A stretch of DNA of 64,000 nucleotides from Devosiaceae bacterium (lineage in GTDB: Bacteria; Pseudomonadota; Alphaproteobacteria; Rhizobiales; Devosiaceae): positions 308,888-372,887 of the forward strand of contig CAXXFU010000017.1 of assembly GCA_963675235.2 (NCBI GenBank). The letters run 5' to 3'. The stretch's first letter is position 1. Each line of letters begins with the position of its first letter. Of the stretch, positions 30,589-40,838 are shown piece after piece. The translations under genes and the position numbers were made by a program. Below the pieces are notes generated by a model. It was given only the letters and a program-made list of their open reading frames with translations, made no database searches and was not told the origin of the DNA.

Positions 30589-31298
30589 TACTTCTGGCCC
30601 CGCGCTTCGAGCTGACGGGAAAGGATGGTCGAGAATTCATCGGCAAAGGTCTCGAGCCGTCCACTGAGCTTGCCGGCGTCGGAACTGAGCTTGTTATAGG
30701 CGATTGTCGCAGGAATGGCGGCCAGAAGCCCGAGCGCGGTGGCGAACAGCGCCTCGGCGATGCCCGGCGCCACCACCGCGAGATTGGTCGACTTGGATGC
30801 CGCGATCGACTGGAACGAGTTCATGATGCCCCATACCGTGCCAAAAAGGCCGATGAAGGGCGACGCCGAGGCGACCGTGGCCAAAAAGCCGAGGTTCTTG
30901 TCGAGCGCATCGGTCTCGCGCGAGATGGCGACATCGAGCACGCGGTCGAGACGCGACTGCACACCGATGGCCGAAGAGGCGCGCTGTTCGTGGCTGCGCT
31001 TCCATTCCTTCATGGCGGCGACAAAGACCGCCGCCAGCCCGCGCGGGTTTTCCTCGGAGAGGTTGCGGTACAGGTCTTCGAGCGACTGGCCCGACCAGAA
31101 GGTCTTTTCGAAGGCGTTCATGCGCCGGTTGGTGCGCGAATAGAGCAGCGCCTTGTCGACGATGATGGCCCAGCACCAGATCGAGGCGCCGAGCAGGCCC
31201 ATCATGACGAGTTTCACCACCCAGTCGGCGCGCAGAAACAGCGCGAGAAGCGAAAAGTCTATCTCCGAGGCGGCGGTGGCAGCAGTGGCAGCGTCCAT
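30588..31298 (-). CDS. tolQ: Tol-Pal system protein TolQ (MotA/TolQ/ExbB proton channel)
   Basis: 236 aa, with GLFGTVWGIMNSF and IAEALFATALGLLAAIPA motifs. Confidence 0.92.
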   Translation of the reverse strand: MDAATAATAASEIDFSLLALFLRADWVVKLVMMGLLGASIWCWAIIVDKALLYSRTNRRMNAFEKTFWSGQSLEDLYRNLSEENPRGLAAVFVAAMKEWKRSHEQRASSAIGVQSRLDRVLDVAISRETDALDKNLGFLATVASASPFIGLFGTVWGIMNSFQSIAASKSTNLAVVAPGIAEALFATALGLLAAIPATIAYNKLSSDAGKLSGRLETFADEFSTILSRQLEARGQK

Positions 31299-31506
31299 GA
31301 CGGCAGGTCCAGTTTGGCAGTGGTGGCGAGATTCAGGCGAATGCCGGCGGATTAGGGCAATTTTAAGTGAATTGTCAGCAGGGCGGGCCGCCCCGCCGGG
31401 CGCAGGGTGACAAATCCCGATTATGGTTCACGACGAGTTAACAAGCCCTTCCCGCCAATTCCATGGCGAATGCGGCTTTTGTTGGGTCGGCAGTCCCGAA
31501 TTCGCG

Positions 31507-31890
31507 TCAGTCGAACATGACATCGGGCAGGCGCACGGGCCGGCCTGCCTGGTTGACCATGACGATCTCGATGCTGGCCGTTACCAGCACCTGATCGCCG
31601 CGCCGCATTTCCTGTGCAAGGGTGACGCGCGCACCGGTGCGTTTGGCGATCGAGGTCTCTATCTCGACGAGATCGTCGATATGGGCCGGCCTTTCCCAGG
31701 AGATCTCCATGCGCCGCGCAGCGAAGAACAGCCCCTCAGCCATCAGGTCGGAATGATGGACGCCTTTTTCCCTCAGCCATTCGGTGCGGGCGCGCTCGAA
31801 GAATTTCAGATAGGCGGCGTGATAGACATTTCCGGAGAAATCGGTGTCCTCGAAATAGACGCGGATGCTCAAACGGGACGTGCTGCTCAT
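31507..31890 (-). CDS. ybgC: Tol-Pal-associated acyl-CoA thioesterase YbgC (hotdog fold)
   Basis: VYFEDTDFSGNVYHAAYLKFFERARTEWL is the 4HBT signature. The gene is upstream of tolQ. Confidence 0.85.
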   Translation of the reverse strand: MSSTSRLSIRVYFEDTDFSGNVYHAAYLKFFERARTEWLREKGVHHSDLMAEGLFFAARRMEISWERPAHIDDLVEIETSIAKRTGARVTLAQEMRRGDQVLVTASIEIVMVNQAGRPVRLPDVMFD

Positions 31891-32399
31891 CTCTCGTCGA
31901 CCACCAGGTGTTGCGGACTGTCCGGCAAGTCATCGAGCCGCGTGCGCAGCCAGTGTGGCAGCAGGTTGAAGCGGACGAAATCCTCGCCTGCGATCGCCGC
32001 CCAGAAAAAGCTCAAAACGTGCCCCTCGTCCTCGGTGACGAGCGCCGGCTCGCCGGTGACGAACGGGACCGCGGCCGGCGGGGTGATCTCGTAGTAGACG
32101 CCGAGTTCGTGGAACTGGCGTCCGTCGCGCTCGAAGAAATTCTCGGCGGTGAACAGCAGGCGCCCGACCTCGCCCGGCGCCTTCATCTCCTCCTCGATCT
32201 CACGGGTGATAGAGGTACGGCTGTCCTCGCCGAATTCGATGCGTCCACCGGGCAGAAGCGTGTAGGGATCGTCGTCCTCGCGGCAGATGAGGACATGGCC
32301 GTCGCGCAGTGCGATGCCGGCGGCGCGGTGATTGAACACCCGGGCGCCCACCGGGAAATGGATCATCTGGCGAGCATCGGCTGCGGTCATCATCGGCAT
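31887..32399 (-). CDS. NUDIX hydrolase
   Basis: Nudix box LPGGRIEFGEDSRTSITREIEEE. The stop overlaps the ybgC start. Confidence 0.8.
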   Translation of the reverse strand: MPMMTAADARQMIHFPVGARVFNHRAAGIALRDGHVLICREDDDPYTLLPGGRIEFGEDSRTSITREIEEEMKAPGEVGRLLFTAENFFERDGRQFHELGVYYEITPPAAVPFVTGEPALVTEDEGHVLSFFWAAIAGEDFVRFNLLPHWLRTRLDDLPDSPQHLVVDER

Positions 32400-32490
32400 A
32401 AGCTTGTGGGCGGAAACGGTTGCGGCAAGTCATGGACATGCGACTGTCTGGCTATAGGGTTTCGCCCAAGCATTCAAGAAAGGGCTCCGG

Positions 32491-32688
32491 ATGAGCAGTG
32501 ACGGCAGCAAATTGACGCCCTGGGCCGAACTCGATGAGGAAACACGGCTGCAGTTGCGTGAGGACTACCAGGCCGAACTCGACGCCAATCCGCGCACCTG
32601 CTCGCTCGACGAGAAGATGGCGCGCTTCACTGAATGGCTGGCCGGACGCGGCGTCAGTTTTACCATGGAGGACCTGCGGCGGCGCTAG
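32491..32688 (+). CDS. Small hypothetical protein (65 aa)
   Basis: This ORF has protein-like composition (MSSDGSKLTPWAELDEETRLQLREDYQAELD...) and fills an otherwise empty interval. I recognise no domain. Confidence 0.4.
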   Translation: MSSDGSKLTPWAELDEETRLQLREDYQAELDANPRTCSLDEKMARFTEWLAGRGVSFTMEDLRRR

Positions 32689-33599
32689 GCGCGGGCCGTA
32701 CCGCCAAGTTCGACCATGACGATCTCGGGCGGCACGCCGAAGCGGACGGGGATGCCGGAACAGCCCAGACCGCCGGAAACGATGAGATCGCGGTCCGTTT
32801 CGCGGATGTGACCATAGACATAGCGCGAGCCATATTTCGACGGCACCACCGGGGTCTGTCCGAACAGCTTGATCTGGCCGCCATGGGTGTGCCCGCTCAA
32901 GGTCAGCGCCACGCGCTCGGGCACTTCGGGGAAGATATCCGGTTCATGGGCCAGAAGGATCACGGGCGCGTCGTCGGTGATCCCTGACAGCGTCCCGGCG
33001 AGATCGTCGACGCCGCGATAATGGCCGTCCTCCGGACGCTGAGGCCGCAATGCGCGCTGGTCGCCGAGGCCGGCAAGCCAGAATCTGGCGCCGTCTTTTT
33101 CGAGCGCGACAACCTGATTGTCATAGACCGGGATGCCGGCGTCGACGAGCGCTTCGCCGGCAGCGACCGGACCGTGACCGCGCATTTGCGCCTGGTGGTC
33201 GTCGTGCCAGTCGTGATTGCCGAGAACGGCGTGGACGCCAAGCGGCGCCTTGAGCCGGGCAAGCTCGCCGGCCCAGACGGCATCGGGCACTTTCCTGGCC
33301 GAGCGGATGGCAGACACATAGTCGCCGAGCAGGACGACGACATCCGGTTCGAGCGCATTGGCGCGGCCGACGATGTCGGCGATGCGCTTCGGCGTCATCC
33401 ATGGCGAGCAGGCATGGATATCGGCCAGGGCGACAATGCGCAGCGGCAGCTCATCGGGCCAGCGCGGCAGAACGGGACGATAGGAGGTGACGCGCAGATC
33501 GATCATCGGCTCATATCCCAGTGCGTAGGAGCTGAACCCGAGACCGGCGGCGGCAGCGGTGCCGAATAGCGTCAGGAAAGCTCGGCGCGTCATACTCAT
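32685..33599 (-). CDS. Metallophosphoesterase with Tat-type signal
   Basis: Twin-arginine leader MSMTRRAFLTLFGTAAAAGLG. Calcineurin-like motifs: DIH, GDY, GNHD, GHTHGG. Confidence 0.85.
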   Translation of the reverse strand: MSMTRRAFLTLFGTAAAAGLGFSSYALGYEPMIDLRVTSYRPVLPRWPDELPLRIVALADIHACSPWMTPKRIADIVGRANALEPDVVVLLGDYVSAIRSARKVPDAVWAGELARLKAPLGVHAVLGNHDWHDDHQAQMRGHGPVAAGEALVDAGIPVYDNQVVALEKDGARFWLAGLGDQRALRPQRPEDGHYRGVDDLAGTLSGITDDAPVILLAHEPDIFPEVPERVALTLSGHTHGGQIKLFGQTPVVPSKYGSRYVYGHIRETDRDLIVSGGLGCSGIPVRFGVPPEIVMVELGGTARA

Positions 33600-33683
33600 T
33601 ATCGGCCCACAGCTTGGTTTTGCCTCGCATAGGAAGCAATTGAGACCGCATCAGGGCGCTGCCGCGACTGTGGGAACGGGCGC

Positions 33684-34727
33684 TCAGCTGTCGTCGCCGT
33701 CGTCGAACAGCGCACCCTGGCCGCCGGCGAGCGATTTCGGCATGTCACGGCCGAGATGGGTGAAGGCGGTCAGAGTCAGCATGCGGCCGCGCGGCGTGCG
33801 CTGGATGAAGCCCTGCTGCAAAAGGAACGGCTCGACGATTTCCTCGATGGCGTCGCGCGGCTCGCTGAGCGCGGCGGCAATGGTCTCGATGCCGACCGGG
33901 CCGCCGTCGTAATGCTCGGCGATGAGGTTGAGATAGCGCCGGTCGAGCATGTCGAGGCCGCGCTTGTCGACATCGAGGCGCAACAGCGCCTTGTCGGCCA
34001 GTTCGGCGGTGATCTTACCGTCGCCGGCGACAAGGGCGAAATCGACGACGCGCCTGAGCAGCCGCCCGGCGATACGCGGCGTCCCACGCGATCGGCGGGC
34101 GACTTCCATCGCCCCCTCGTCGGACATGGAAACGCCCATCAGCCGCGCTCCGCGCGTGACGATCTGCACCAGTTCTTCCGGCGCATAGAAATTGAGGCGC
34201 ATCGGGATGCCGAAACGGTCGCGCAGCGGCGTCGTCAGCAGGCCGGCGCGGGTGGTCGCGCCGATCAGGGTGAATTTGGAAAGATCGATGCGGACCGAAC
34301 GGGCAGCAGGGCCTTCGCCGATGATCAGGTCGAGCTGGAAATCCTCCATTGCCGGGTAAAGGATTTCCTCAACCGCCGGGTTGAGCCGATGGATCTCGTC
34401 GATGAACAGCACGTCGCGTTCTTCGAGATTGGTCAGAAGCGCGGCGAGATCGCCGGCCTTGGCGATGACCGGACCGGAGGTGGCGCGGAAGCCGACGCCG
34501 AGCTCGCGGGCGACGATTTGGGCCAGCGTCGTCTTGCCGAGACCCGGCGGGCCGACGAAGAGCACATGGTCGAGCGCCGAGGCGCGGTGCTTGGCGGCCT
34601 TGATGAAGACCTCGAGATTTGCGCGCAGGTCGGCCTGACCGATGAAGTCGGCAAATCCGGACGGCCTCAGCGACACATCCGTGTCGCCATCGCGTTCGGC
34701 AGAGGCTGAGGTGAGCGCGTCAGGCAT
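33684..34727 (-). CDS. ruvB: Holliday junction branch-migration helicase RuvB
   Basis: Walker [21 protein letters not shown] and the RuvB C-terminal winged helix. 347 aa. Confidence 0.97.
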   Translation of the reverse strand: MPDALTSASAERDGDTDVSLRPSGFADFIGQADLRANLEVFIKAAKHRASALDHVLFVGPPGLGKTTLAQIVARELGVGFRATSGPVIAKAGDLAALLTNLEERDVLFIDEIHRLNPAVEEILYPAMEDFQLDLIIGEGPAARSVRIDLSKFTLIGATTRAGLLTTPLRDRFGIPMRLNFYAPEELVQIVTRGARLMGVSMSDEGAMEVARRSRGTPRIAGRLLRRVVDFALVAGDGKITAELADKALLRLDVDKRGLDMLDRRYLNLIAEHYDGGPVGIETIAAALSEPRDAIEEIVEPFLLQQGFIQRTPRGRMLTLTAFTHLGRDMPKSLAGGQGALFDDGDDS

Positions 34728-34974
34728 AATAGGGATTGAGCATCATGAGCGTGATGACGATGACGGCGAAGGAGCCGTAGACGATGAGGGAGCGCTGGCG
34801 ATGCGCCCGCCGCACGACGGGGTCGTCGGTTTCGAGCCGTTCCCAGCTATAAAAGATGATCCTGCGCTTGAAATCGCGGCCCTTGGTTTTGTTGCGAAAC
34901 CGGGTTTCGGCCCAGGCGCCGAGGGCCACCCAGGCCACAACACCGCCGATCAGCCATATCGTGGTCAGGCTCAT
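34720..34974 (-). CDS. Small membrane protein (84 aa) between GNAT and ruvB
   Basis: Internal Met of ORF 34720..35124 ([21 protein letters not shown]...). It has two hydrophobic helices and overlaps the ruvB start by 8 nt. Confidence 0.45.
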   Translation of the reverse strand: MSLTTIWLIGGVVAWVALGAWAETRFRNKTKGRDFKRRIIFYSWERLETDDPVVRRAHRQRSLIVYGSFAVIVITLMMLNPYYA

Positions 34975-35014
34975 GCTTTGCTCGTTTCGCGTTGCAGGGT
35001 TGTCAGGAGCGTTG

Positions 35015-35494
35015 TCACGCCAGCACCCTTTCCAGTTCGAGTTCGTCGCGGATCGGGATGCCGTGATCGCCGACAGGCGGGATCTCGGGCTTGACCCGGC
35101 GGTTTTCCTCCATGGCGTTGACATGAAGGGCGCACAGCCGCATGCCGCGCTTCTGGTAGAATTTCAGCGCCTCGATATTGTCGTTGGTCGTCATCAGCCA
35201 GGCGCGGCGCATGCCGAGCGCCCTGCCGTGGTCGAAGGCATGCTGCAACAGCGCCGTGCCGATGCCTGCGCCGGTGTCGAGGCTGTTGAGGGTGACGATT
35301 TCCATGTCGGTGTCGTCGACGCGCCAGGTGATCATGCCGACAATCTCGCCTTTGCGTGCGGCCGCTGCAGCGGAAAGCGAGATGGCGTCGATGCGCGCGC
35401 CACGGCTGGCGAGGTAATCGGCATGCCAGTTGTCGGTGACAAAGCGCGCGATGATCGCCGGATCGGCTATGGCGACAATGTCGAAACCGCTCAT
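35015..35494 (-). CDS. GNAT family N-acetyltransferase
   Basis: Acetyl-CoA binding pattern [20 protein letters not shown], then [15 protein letters not shown]. The ATG overlaps the ruvA stop (ATGA at 35491-35494). Confidence 0.8.
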   Translation of the reverse strand: MSGFDIVAIADPAIIARFVTDNWHADYLASRGARIDAISLSAAAAARKGEIVGMITWRVDDTDMEIVTLNSLDTGAGIGTALLQHAFDHGRALGMRRAWLMTTNDNIEALKFYQKRGMRLCALHVNAMEENRRVKPEIPPVGDHGIPIRDELELERVLA

Positions 35495-36108
35495 ATGCTC
35501 AGTTCCCGGAGGCCCAGCCGGATCAGCTTTTCGGTCGGCAGGTCTTCGCCTTCGCGGGCGGTGATGCGGGCGAGCGCGGCGCTGGCCTGCTGGCTCGAAT
35601 AGCCGAGATTGGTCAGGGCGGAGACGGCATCGGTGATGGCCGAGTTTGCCGCGCCGGCGCCCAGCGCCTGCTGCAACCCGAGCGTACCGGCATCGACGCC
35701 GGCGATGTCGGGCACCTTGCCTTTCAGTTCGGAAACGATGCGCTGGGCCAGCTTGGGGCCGACGCCGCTGGCCCGCCCGACCGAGGCCTTGTCCTGCAAG
35801 GCAATGGCGCTCGACAGTTCTGACGGGGTCAGCACGGAAAGAATGGCCAGCGCCACACGGGCGCCGACGCCCTGCACTTCGGTCAAAAGCGCGAACCAGG
35901 CCTTTTCGCCCTGATCGGCAAAGCCATAGAGCCGCATCAGATCCTCGCGCACCACCATTTCGGTCAGGACTTCAGTCGCCTCGCCCTTGCGCGGCAGACG
36001 CGCCAGCGTCTTGGCCGAACAATAAACGATGTAGCACACGCCTTGCACGTCGATCAGGACATGATCGTCGCCCAAGTCCTCGATCAGGCCCTTGAGCTTG
36101 CCGATCAT
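35491..36108 (-). CDS. ruvA: Holliday junction DNA-binding protein RuvA
   Basis: Internal Met of ORF 35491..36672. [26 protein letters not shown]... followed by the HhH motifs [11 protein letters not shown] and [11 protein letters not shown]. 205 aa. Confidence 0.95.
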   Translation of the reverse strand: MIGKLKGLIEDLGDDHVLIDVQGVCYIVYCSAKTLARLPRKGEATEVLTEMVVREDLMRLYGFADQGEKAWFALLTEVQGVGARVALAILSVLTPSELSSAIALQDKASVGRASGVGPKLAQRIVSELKGKVPDIAGVDAGTLGLQQALGAGAANSAITDAVSALTNLGYSSQQASAALARITAREGEDLPTEKLIRLGLRELSI

Positions 36109-36611
36109 GCGCTTGCCGCCTTGAGGTTGGTCATGGTGCGGTGATGGGCATGGCAGATGGCGATGGCCAGCGCATCGGCGGCGTCCGCCCCCTTGAAATC
36201 GGCCTGCGGCAGAAGCGTCTTGACCATGAGCTGCACCTGGTTCTTGTCGGCGTGACCGGTGCCGACGACCGATTTCTTGATGAGATTGGCGGCGTATTCG
36301 GTGACGGCGATGCCGGAAAGAGCTGGCGTCATCAGCACCACCCCGCGCGCCTGTCCGAGGATAAGCGCAGAGCGCGCGCCCTGGTTGACGAAGGTCTCCT
36401 CGACCGCCGCCTCGTCGGGCGAATACCGGGTGAGAACCTCGGCAAGCTCTTTGTGCAGCGCCACCAACCGCTCGGCCAACGGCCCGGAAACCGGCGGAGT
36501 CAGCGTGCCGGCGGCAATGAAGGCCAGCCTGTTGCCGGTGCTCTCGATAATGCCCCAGCCGCAGCGCCTGAGGCCCGGATCGATGCCGATGATTCGCGTT
36601 GTCGGTGTCAT
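36105..36611 (-). CDS. ruvC: Holliday junction resolvase RuvC
   Basis: [14 protein letters not shown] at the N-terminus, [13 protein letters not shown] at the C-terminus. The stop overlaps the ruvA start. Confidence 0.95.
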   Translation of the reverse strand: MTPTTRIIGIDPGLRRCGWGIIESTGNRLAFIAAGTLTPPVSGPLAERLVALHKELAEVLTRYSPDEAAVEETFVNQGARSALILGQARGVVLMTPALSGIAVTEYAANLIKKSVVGTGHADKNQVQLMVKTLLPQADFKGADAADALAIAICHAHHRTMTNLKAASA

Positions 36612-36797
36612 GGCCGGAGGTTACGTGCCCGCTGCCCTGCGGCCAAGCACGGTTTTGCTGCGTCCCGCGCAAAAGCCGGGTTTTGACGTCCGGTACAGAT
36701 CATCCGGTCAATCTGAGTCAAATCCGACAAGCCGGCAACAGGCAATCTTCATCCCGATCCGCTACCAATTATACTGCCAGACGCAGAGAACTGAATT

Positions 36798-37562
36798 GTG
36801 AACGCGATCCCCGAACTAACTTTCGAAGCCTGGCGACGAGTCCTGTCCCATACCGCTGTAACCACACTCATCGTGGCAGTGCTGGCAGTTCTCGGCACCT
36901 TGACCGGCAACTGGCTTCACGGCCAGGAGACGGCCAGGGTCGACTACTTCAACGCCGTCGTGCTGGCCGTCGTGTTCACAGTACCGATCTACGGCAGTCT
37001 GGCTTTCAAGCTGCAGCAGGTGCGCCTGCTCAATCTCAAGCTGCATGATCTCGCCTCGACCGATTTCCTCACCGGCGCCCTCAATCGCGGTGCCTTCGTC
37101 ACAAATGTCGAGAACCGGCTTACCGATGGTGTGACCTGCAGCAAGACACTGACCTCGGCGCTGCTGGTGATCGATGTCGACCATTTCAAATCGATCAACG
37201 ATCAGTTCGGTCACCAGTCGGGCGATATCGCCCTGGTCAGGATCGCCGACGCCTTGCGCGATGCCTTGAGGACCAATGACCTGATCGGCCGCCTCGGTGG
37301 CGAGGAATTCGGCATCTTCCTGCCCGACATCGCCCCGGACGAGGCCATCCTCATGGCCGAAGCCTGCCGCATCGCCGTCGAACACTGCCTGTTCGCACCG
37401 CTCGGGGACGAGGAGACGCTGTCGGTCAGCATCGGCGTTGCCCTTGCAAGGCCGCAGGACAATTTCACTTCGCTGTTCAAGCAGGCCGACTCCCGCCTGT
37501 ACCTGGCCAAGTCCCATGGCCGGAACCGCGTCGAAGTCGAGACCTCGGCACTGGCCGCCTGA
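36798..37562 (+). CDS. GGDEF-domain diguanylate cyclase with N-terminal membrane segment
   Basis: GTG start. Two TM helices, then DFLTGALNRGAF, DHFKSINDQFGHQSGD and the active site GGEEFG. Confidence 0.85.
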   Translation: MNAIPELTFEAWRRVLSHTAVTTLIVAVLAVLGTLTGNWLHGQETARVDYFNAVVLAVVFTVPIYGSLAFKLQQVRLLNLKLHDLASTDFLTGALNRGAFVTNVENRLTDGVTCSKTLTSALLVIDVDHFKSINDQFGHQSGDIALVRIADALRDALRTNDLIGRLGGEEFGIFLPDIAPDEAILMAEACRIAVEHCLFAPLGDEETLSVSIGVALARPQDNFTSLFKQADSRLYLAKSHGRNRVEVETSALAA

Positions 37563-37640
37563 GCACAGGCTGCATCGATTTGACCGGCTTGCCTTGCCCG
37601 CCGGACAAGGATACCCAACCGTTTTGCCCCACGGTTCCCC

Positions 37641-38399
37641 GTGCCCGACCTGCCCGATACCCTCTCCCTAGCGGTTCTTTTCGCCACGCTGTTCCTTGCC
37701 GGGTTCGTGCGCGGCTTCACCGGTTTCGGCGGCGGCCTGATTGCCATTCCGGTCGCCAGCGCCATTGTCGGACCGACGCTGGCCATACCCATGATCGGCG
37801 TTGTCGACGCCATCATCACCGTGCCGCTTCTGCCGCCCGCCTTCCGCCGTGCCGACTGGAAGACTGTGCTCCCCGCAGCGATCGCCGCAGTGGTCACGGT
37901 GCCGGTCGGGGTCGTCATCCTCACCCATTCCGATCCGATCGCGCTGCGCTGGACTCTCAGCGTCATCGTCGCGCTGATGCTGCTGCTGCTGGTGTCCGGC
38001 TGGCGCTATCACGGAACGCCGAAACGCATCGTCTCGGCCGGCGTCGGCGCCGTCGCCGGGATATTCGGCGGCACCGCCGGTATCGCAGGTCCGCCCGTCA
38101 TCACCTACTGGATGTCCGGGCCGGCCGACAAGTCGACCCTGCGCGCCAATCTGATCATGTTCTTCATGTTCAGCCAGGCGACAGCCATCGTCTCCTTCGC
38201 CACCGCGGGCCTGCTCACCGCGAAACTGGCCATGGCCGTGATGCTTGCCGCGCCGGTTTTCGGTGGCGCCATCTGGCTCGGCACGCATCTTCATGCCGGG
38301 GCCAGCGAGACCCATTTCCGGGGCCTTGCCTATCTACTGATCGTCTTCTCGGCCATCATCGGCCTGCCGTTGCTCGATCCGATCCTCAGAGGCGGCTAG
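37641..38399 (+). CDS. TauE/SafE family sulfite/anion exporter
   Basis: 252 aa and polytopic, with GFTGFGGGLIAIP and GIFGGTAGIAGPP repeats typical of the family. Confidence 0.85.
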   Translation: MPDLPDTLSLAVLFATLFLAGFVRGFTGFGGGLIAIPVASAIVGPTLAIPMIGVVDAIITVPLLPPAFRRADWKTVLPAAIAAVVTVPVGVVILTHSDPIALRWTLSVIVALMLLLLVSGWRYHGTPKRIVSAGVGAVAGIFGGTAGIAGPPVITYWMSGPADKSTLRANLIMFFMFSQATAIVSFATAGLLTAKLAMAVMLAAPVFGGAIWLGTHLHAGASETHFRGLAYLLIVFSAIIGLPLLDPILRGG

Positions 38400-38405
38400 A
38401 GAATA

Positions 38406-38436
38406 CAAAAAGGGCGGCGCCCAACCGGCACCGCCC
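38406..38436 (-). terminator. Rho-independent terminator downstream of yebC
   Basis: Stem GGGCGG...CCGCCC (38412-38436). The plus-strand A-run 38407-38411 gives a U-tract on the minus strand. Confidence 0.5.
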
Positions 38437-38466
38437 TCAAAACTGTCGCTTGCTGCGAACAGCAGG

Positions 38467-39213
38467 TTAGCCTTCGATCTTGGCCAGGACCTCGTCGCTC
38501 ATGTCGAAATTGGCGTAGGTGTTCTGGACGTCGTCATCGTCCTCGAGCGCGTCGATCAGCTTCATCAGTGTCGCGCCCTTGTCGGCGTCGACCTCGACAT
38601 AGTTCTGCGGCTTGAACACCGGCTTGACCGCCTCGGCTTCGCCGAGCGTGGCGGCAAGAGCGGCCGACACATCGCCGATCGCCTCGAAGGCGCAATAGAT
38701 GGTGTGTCCGTCTTCCTCGTCGCTTTCGACATCGTCGGCGCCGGCCTCGATCGCGGCTTCCATGACGGCATCGGCCGAACCGGCCGAGGCCGGATAGTCG
38801 ATCTCGCCGACCCGGTCGAACATGAAGGCAACCGAATTGGATTCGCCCATCGCCCCGCCGTTCTTGGAGAAGATCGCCTTGAGATTGGCATTCGTGCGGT
38901 TGCGGTTGTCGGTCAGCGCCTCGACGATGATTGCCACCCCGCCCGGACCATAGCCCTCGTAGCGGATCTCTTCGTAGTTCTCAGTATCGGTCGAGGCCTT
39001 GTTGACGGCGCGGGCGATGTTGTCCTTGGGCATCGACTGCGCCTTGGCGTTCTGGATCGCCAGACGAAGACGCGGATTGAAGTCGGGATCGGGCATGCCC
39101 ATCTTGGCCGCCACGGTGATTTCCTTGGAAAGCTTGGAAAACATCTTCGAGCGGATCGCGTCGGACTTGCCCTTGCGGTGCATGATGTTCTTGGCGTGTG
39201 AATGGCCGGCCAT
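38467..39213 (-). CDS. yebC: YebC/PmpR family DNA-binding transcriptional regulator
   Basis: [28 protein letters not shown] is the invariant family N-terminus. 248 aa. Confidence 0.95.
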   Translation of the reverse strand: MAGHSHAKNIMHRKGKSDAIRSKMFSKLSKEITVAAKMGMPDPDFNPRLRLAIQNAKAQSMPKDNIARAVNKASTDTENYEEIRYEGYGPGGVAIIVEALTDNRNRTNANLKAIFSKNGGAMGESNSVAFMFDRVGEIDYPASAGSADAVMEAAIEAGADDVESDEEDGHTIYCAFEAIGDVSAALAATLGEAEAVKPVFKPQNYVEVDADKGATLMKLIDALEDDDDVQNTYANFDMSDEVLAKIEG

Positions 39214-39294
39214 GTTGCCTCTACGTCATCCAGTTGTGAGGAGATTGGACGTGCTTATAAGAGAAGCCCGAGCGCCGGTCAAAAGGGTCCTGCA

Positions 39295-40185
39295 ATGAAT
39301 GCGAAAATCGATCTGCCGGATTTCCCGATTGACGGCGGCTGCCAATGCGGTGCTGTGCGTTACACGCTCAAGGCGCCGCCGGTGGTTTTCTACATCTGCC
39401 ACTGCACCGAGTGCCAGACACAGGCCTCGTCCGGGTTCGGGGAATCGATGCGGGTGCGCAAGGCGGACCTCGAAATCTCGGGCGTGCTTCACCAGTACGA
39501 GCGCCCGTCCCCGAGCGGTGGGGTCATCGGCGATTTTTGCCCGAAGTGCGGCACGCGCCTGTTTCATGGACGGCGGGCCTACAAGGACACACACAATATC
39601 AAGGCAGGCACGCTCGATGACACGAGCTGGCTTCGCCCCGCCGGCCATATCTGGACGCAAAGCAAGCAGCCCTGGGTGCGGATCGGCCCGGAGGAGCTGG
39701 CATACGCGCAGCAGCCGGACGACGGCTATGCCGCCCTGATCGCGCGCTGGAACGAGATGATCGCGGCGGCAGAACCACACAAAGCGCCGGACAAGGTACC
39801 GGGATTGCGCCGGCAATATCACTTCCGCCCCAGCACCAACGGCTATTACGCCTGGGATGTGCACCGTCTGATCGCCCTCAGCCGCGACCTGCCGCGCCTT
39901 TCACTCGATCCCGAAACCATTGCCGAGCTCGGCGAGAGCTACTGGTTCGGCGGCGACAACGCCAGCCCGACGGGTCGCGACCTGCTGGTTCACATGCGCC
40001 TGATGAACGAGGTCGATTTCGATCACCCGATCATCCTTTGTGCCGAGGGCCGGGTGATGGACGGCATGCACCGGGTGATGAAGGCCGTTCTCGACGGCCG
40101 CAAGACCATCCCGGCGGTGCGCTTCGAGACGACGCCGGCGCCCGACCATGTCGATGTGCAGCCTGATGATCTCAGCTACGACTGA
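39295..40185 (+). CDS. Fusion protein: N-terminal GFA domain plus C-terminal ParB/sulfiredoxin-like domain
   Basis: ORF 39202..40185, with the start re-chosen at the ATG at 39295. The N-terminus carries GGCQCGAVRY...CHCTECQTQASSGFG...CPKCG (GFA). The C-terminus carries HPIILCAEGRVMDGMHRVMKAVLDGRKTIPAVRF, resembling the ParB/Srx ..DG.HR....G...IP motif. The C-terminal assignment is an inference. Confidence 0.7.
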   Translation: MNAKIDLPDFPIDGGCQCGAVRYTLKAPPVVFYICHCTECQTQASSGFGESMRVRKADLEISGVLHQYERPSPSGGVIGDFCPKCGTRLFHGRRAYKDTHNIKAGTLDDTSWLRPAGHIWTQSKQPWVRIGPEELAYAQQPDDGYAALIARWNEMIAAAEPHKAPDKVPGLRRQYHFRPSTNGYYAWDVHRLIALSRDLPRLSLDPETIAELGESYWFGGDNASPTGRDLLVHMRLMNEVDFDHPIILCAEGRVMDGMHRVMKAVLDGRKTIPAVRFETTPAPDHVDVQPDDLSYD

Positions 40186-40280
40186 GTGTCGGCAAGGCTG
40201 AAACGCCCGCATATCGGGGCTTTTGCCGGGGCGGAAACCGTGTCAGCGGCTTCACGAATTATTATTGTTAAAAAATCCTT

Positions 40281-40306
40281 GAACCTGTTCGGGCCTGTCG
40301 GCGTCT
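40281..40306 (+). promoter_or_regulatory. ECF-sigma-type promoter candidate (GAACC-N16-CGTCT), unit 1
   Basis: TTGAACC at 40279-40285 and CGTCT at 40302-40306, separated by exactly 16 nt. The same motifs and spacing recur at 41075-41100. Confidence 0.45.
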
Positions 40307-40313
40307 CCCTGAA

Positions 40314-40329
40314 GCCAATGCGAATTGGC
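40314..40329 (+). promoter_or_regulatory. Leader hairpin GCCAAT-GCGA-ATTGGC (GNRA loop), unit 1
   Basis: Perfect 6-bp stem. The paralogous unit keeps the stem and changes the loop to GAAA. Confidence 0.45.
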
Positions 40330-40405
40330 CGCTCATTTGATGACGAAAACCATCCATCCGAACCACGGCGCCATGCGGCGCCCGACCGAACCAACAGGAT
40401 TTCCA

Positions 40406-40804
40406 ATGATCAAGCAGCTTTCCGCCGCCTTCGCCCTCAGCCTCGTTCTCCTGCCGCTGGCGAGCCGCGCCTACGCCCAGTGCGTTGCCGGACGCCCCTG
40501 CCGCACCCCCACGACGACGGCGACAGCGACCGCGCCCGCCGACCCGACCCCGACGGTGTGTTTCTTCACCTCGACCAATTTCAAGGGCCCGCGCTTTTGT
40601 GAATCGGGCCAGCGTTCGGTGTTCACGGTTCCGGCCGAGTGGCGCGACTCGATCAAGTCGATCACCGTCGGCGACCGTACCGAGGTCCGCATCTGCCCCG
40701 AGTTCACCCTCAAGGGCGATTGCGGGCTGATCGGCCGCGATACCGACGAACTGCAGCGCGGTCTGTTCGACCAGGTCTATTCCTACGCGATCGACAAGAC
40801 CTGA
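40406..40804 (+). CDS. Small secreted Cys-rich protein, beta/gamma-crystallin-like (peptidase-inhibitor-I36-like) fold suspected
   Basis: ORF 40325..40804, with the start re-chosen at MIKQLSAAFALSLVLLPLASRAYA (signal peptide). It has six Cys and a Greek-key-like motif FTSTNFKG...SIKSITV. It is a paralogue of 41203..41589. Confidence 0.75.
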   Translation: MIKQLSAAFALSLVLLPLASRAYAQCVAGRPCRTPTTTATATAPADPTPTVCFFTSTNFKGPRFCESGQRSVFTVPAEWRDSIKSITVGDRTEVRICPEFTLKGDCGLIGRDTDELQRGLFDQVYSYAIDKT

Positions 40805-40838
40805 GGTCTTTCCGGAACGTCACCCGACACGGCAGTCT

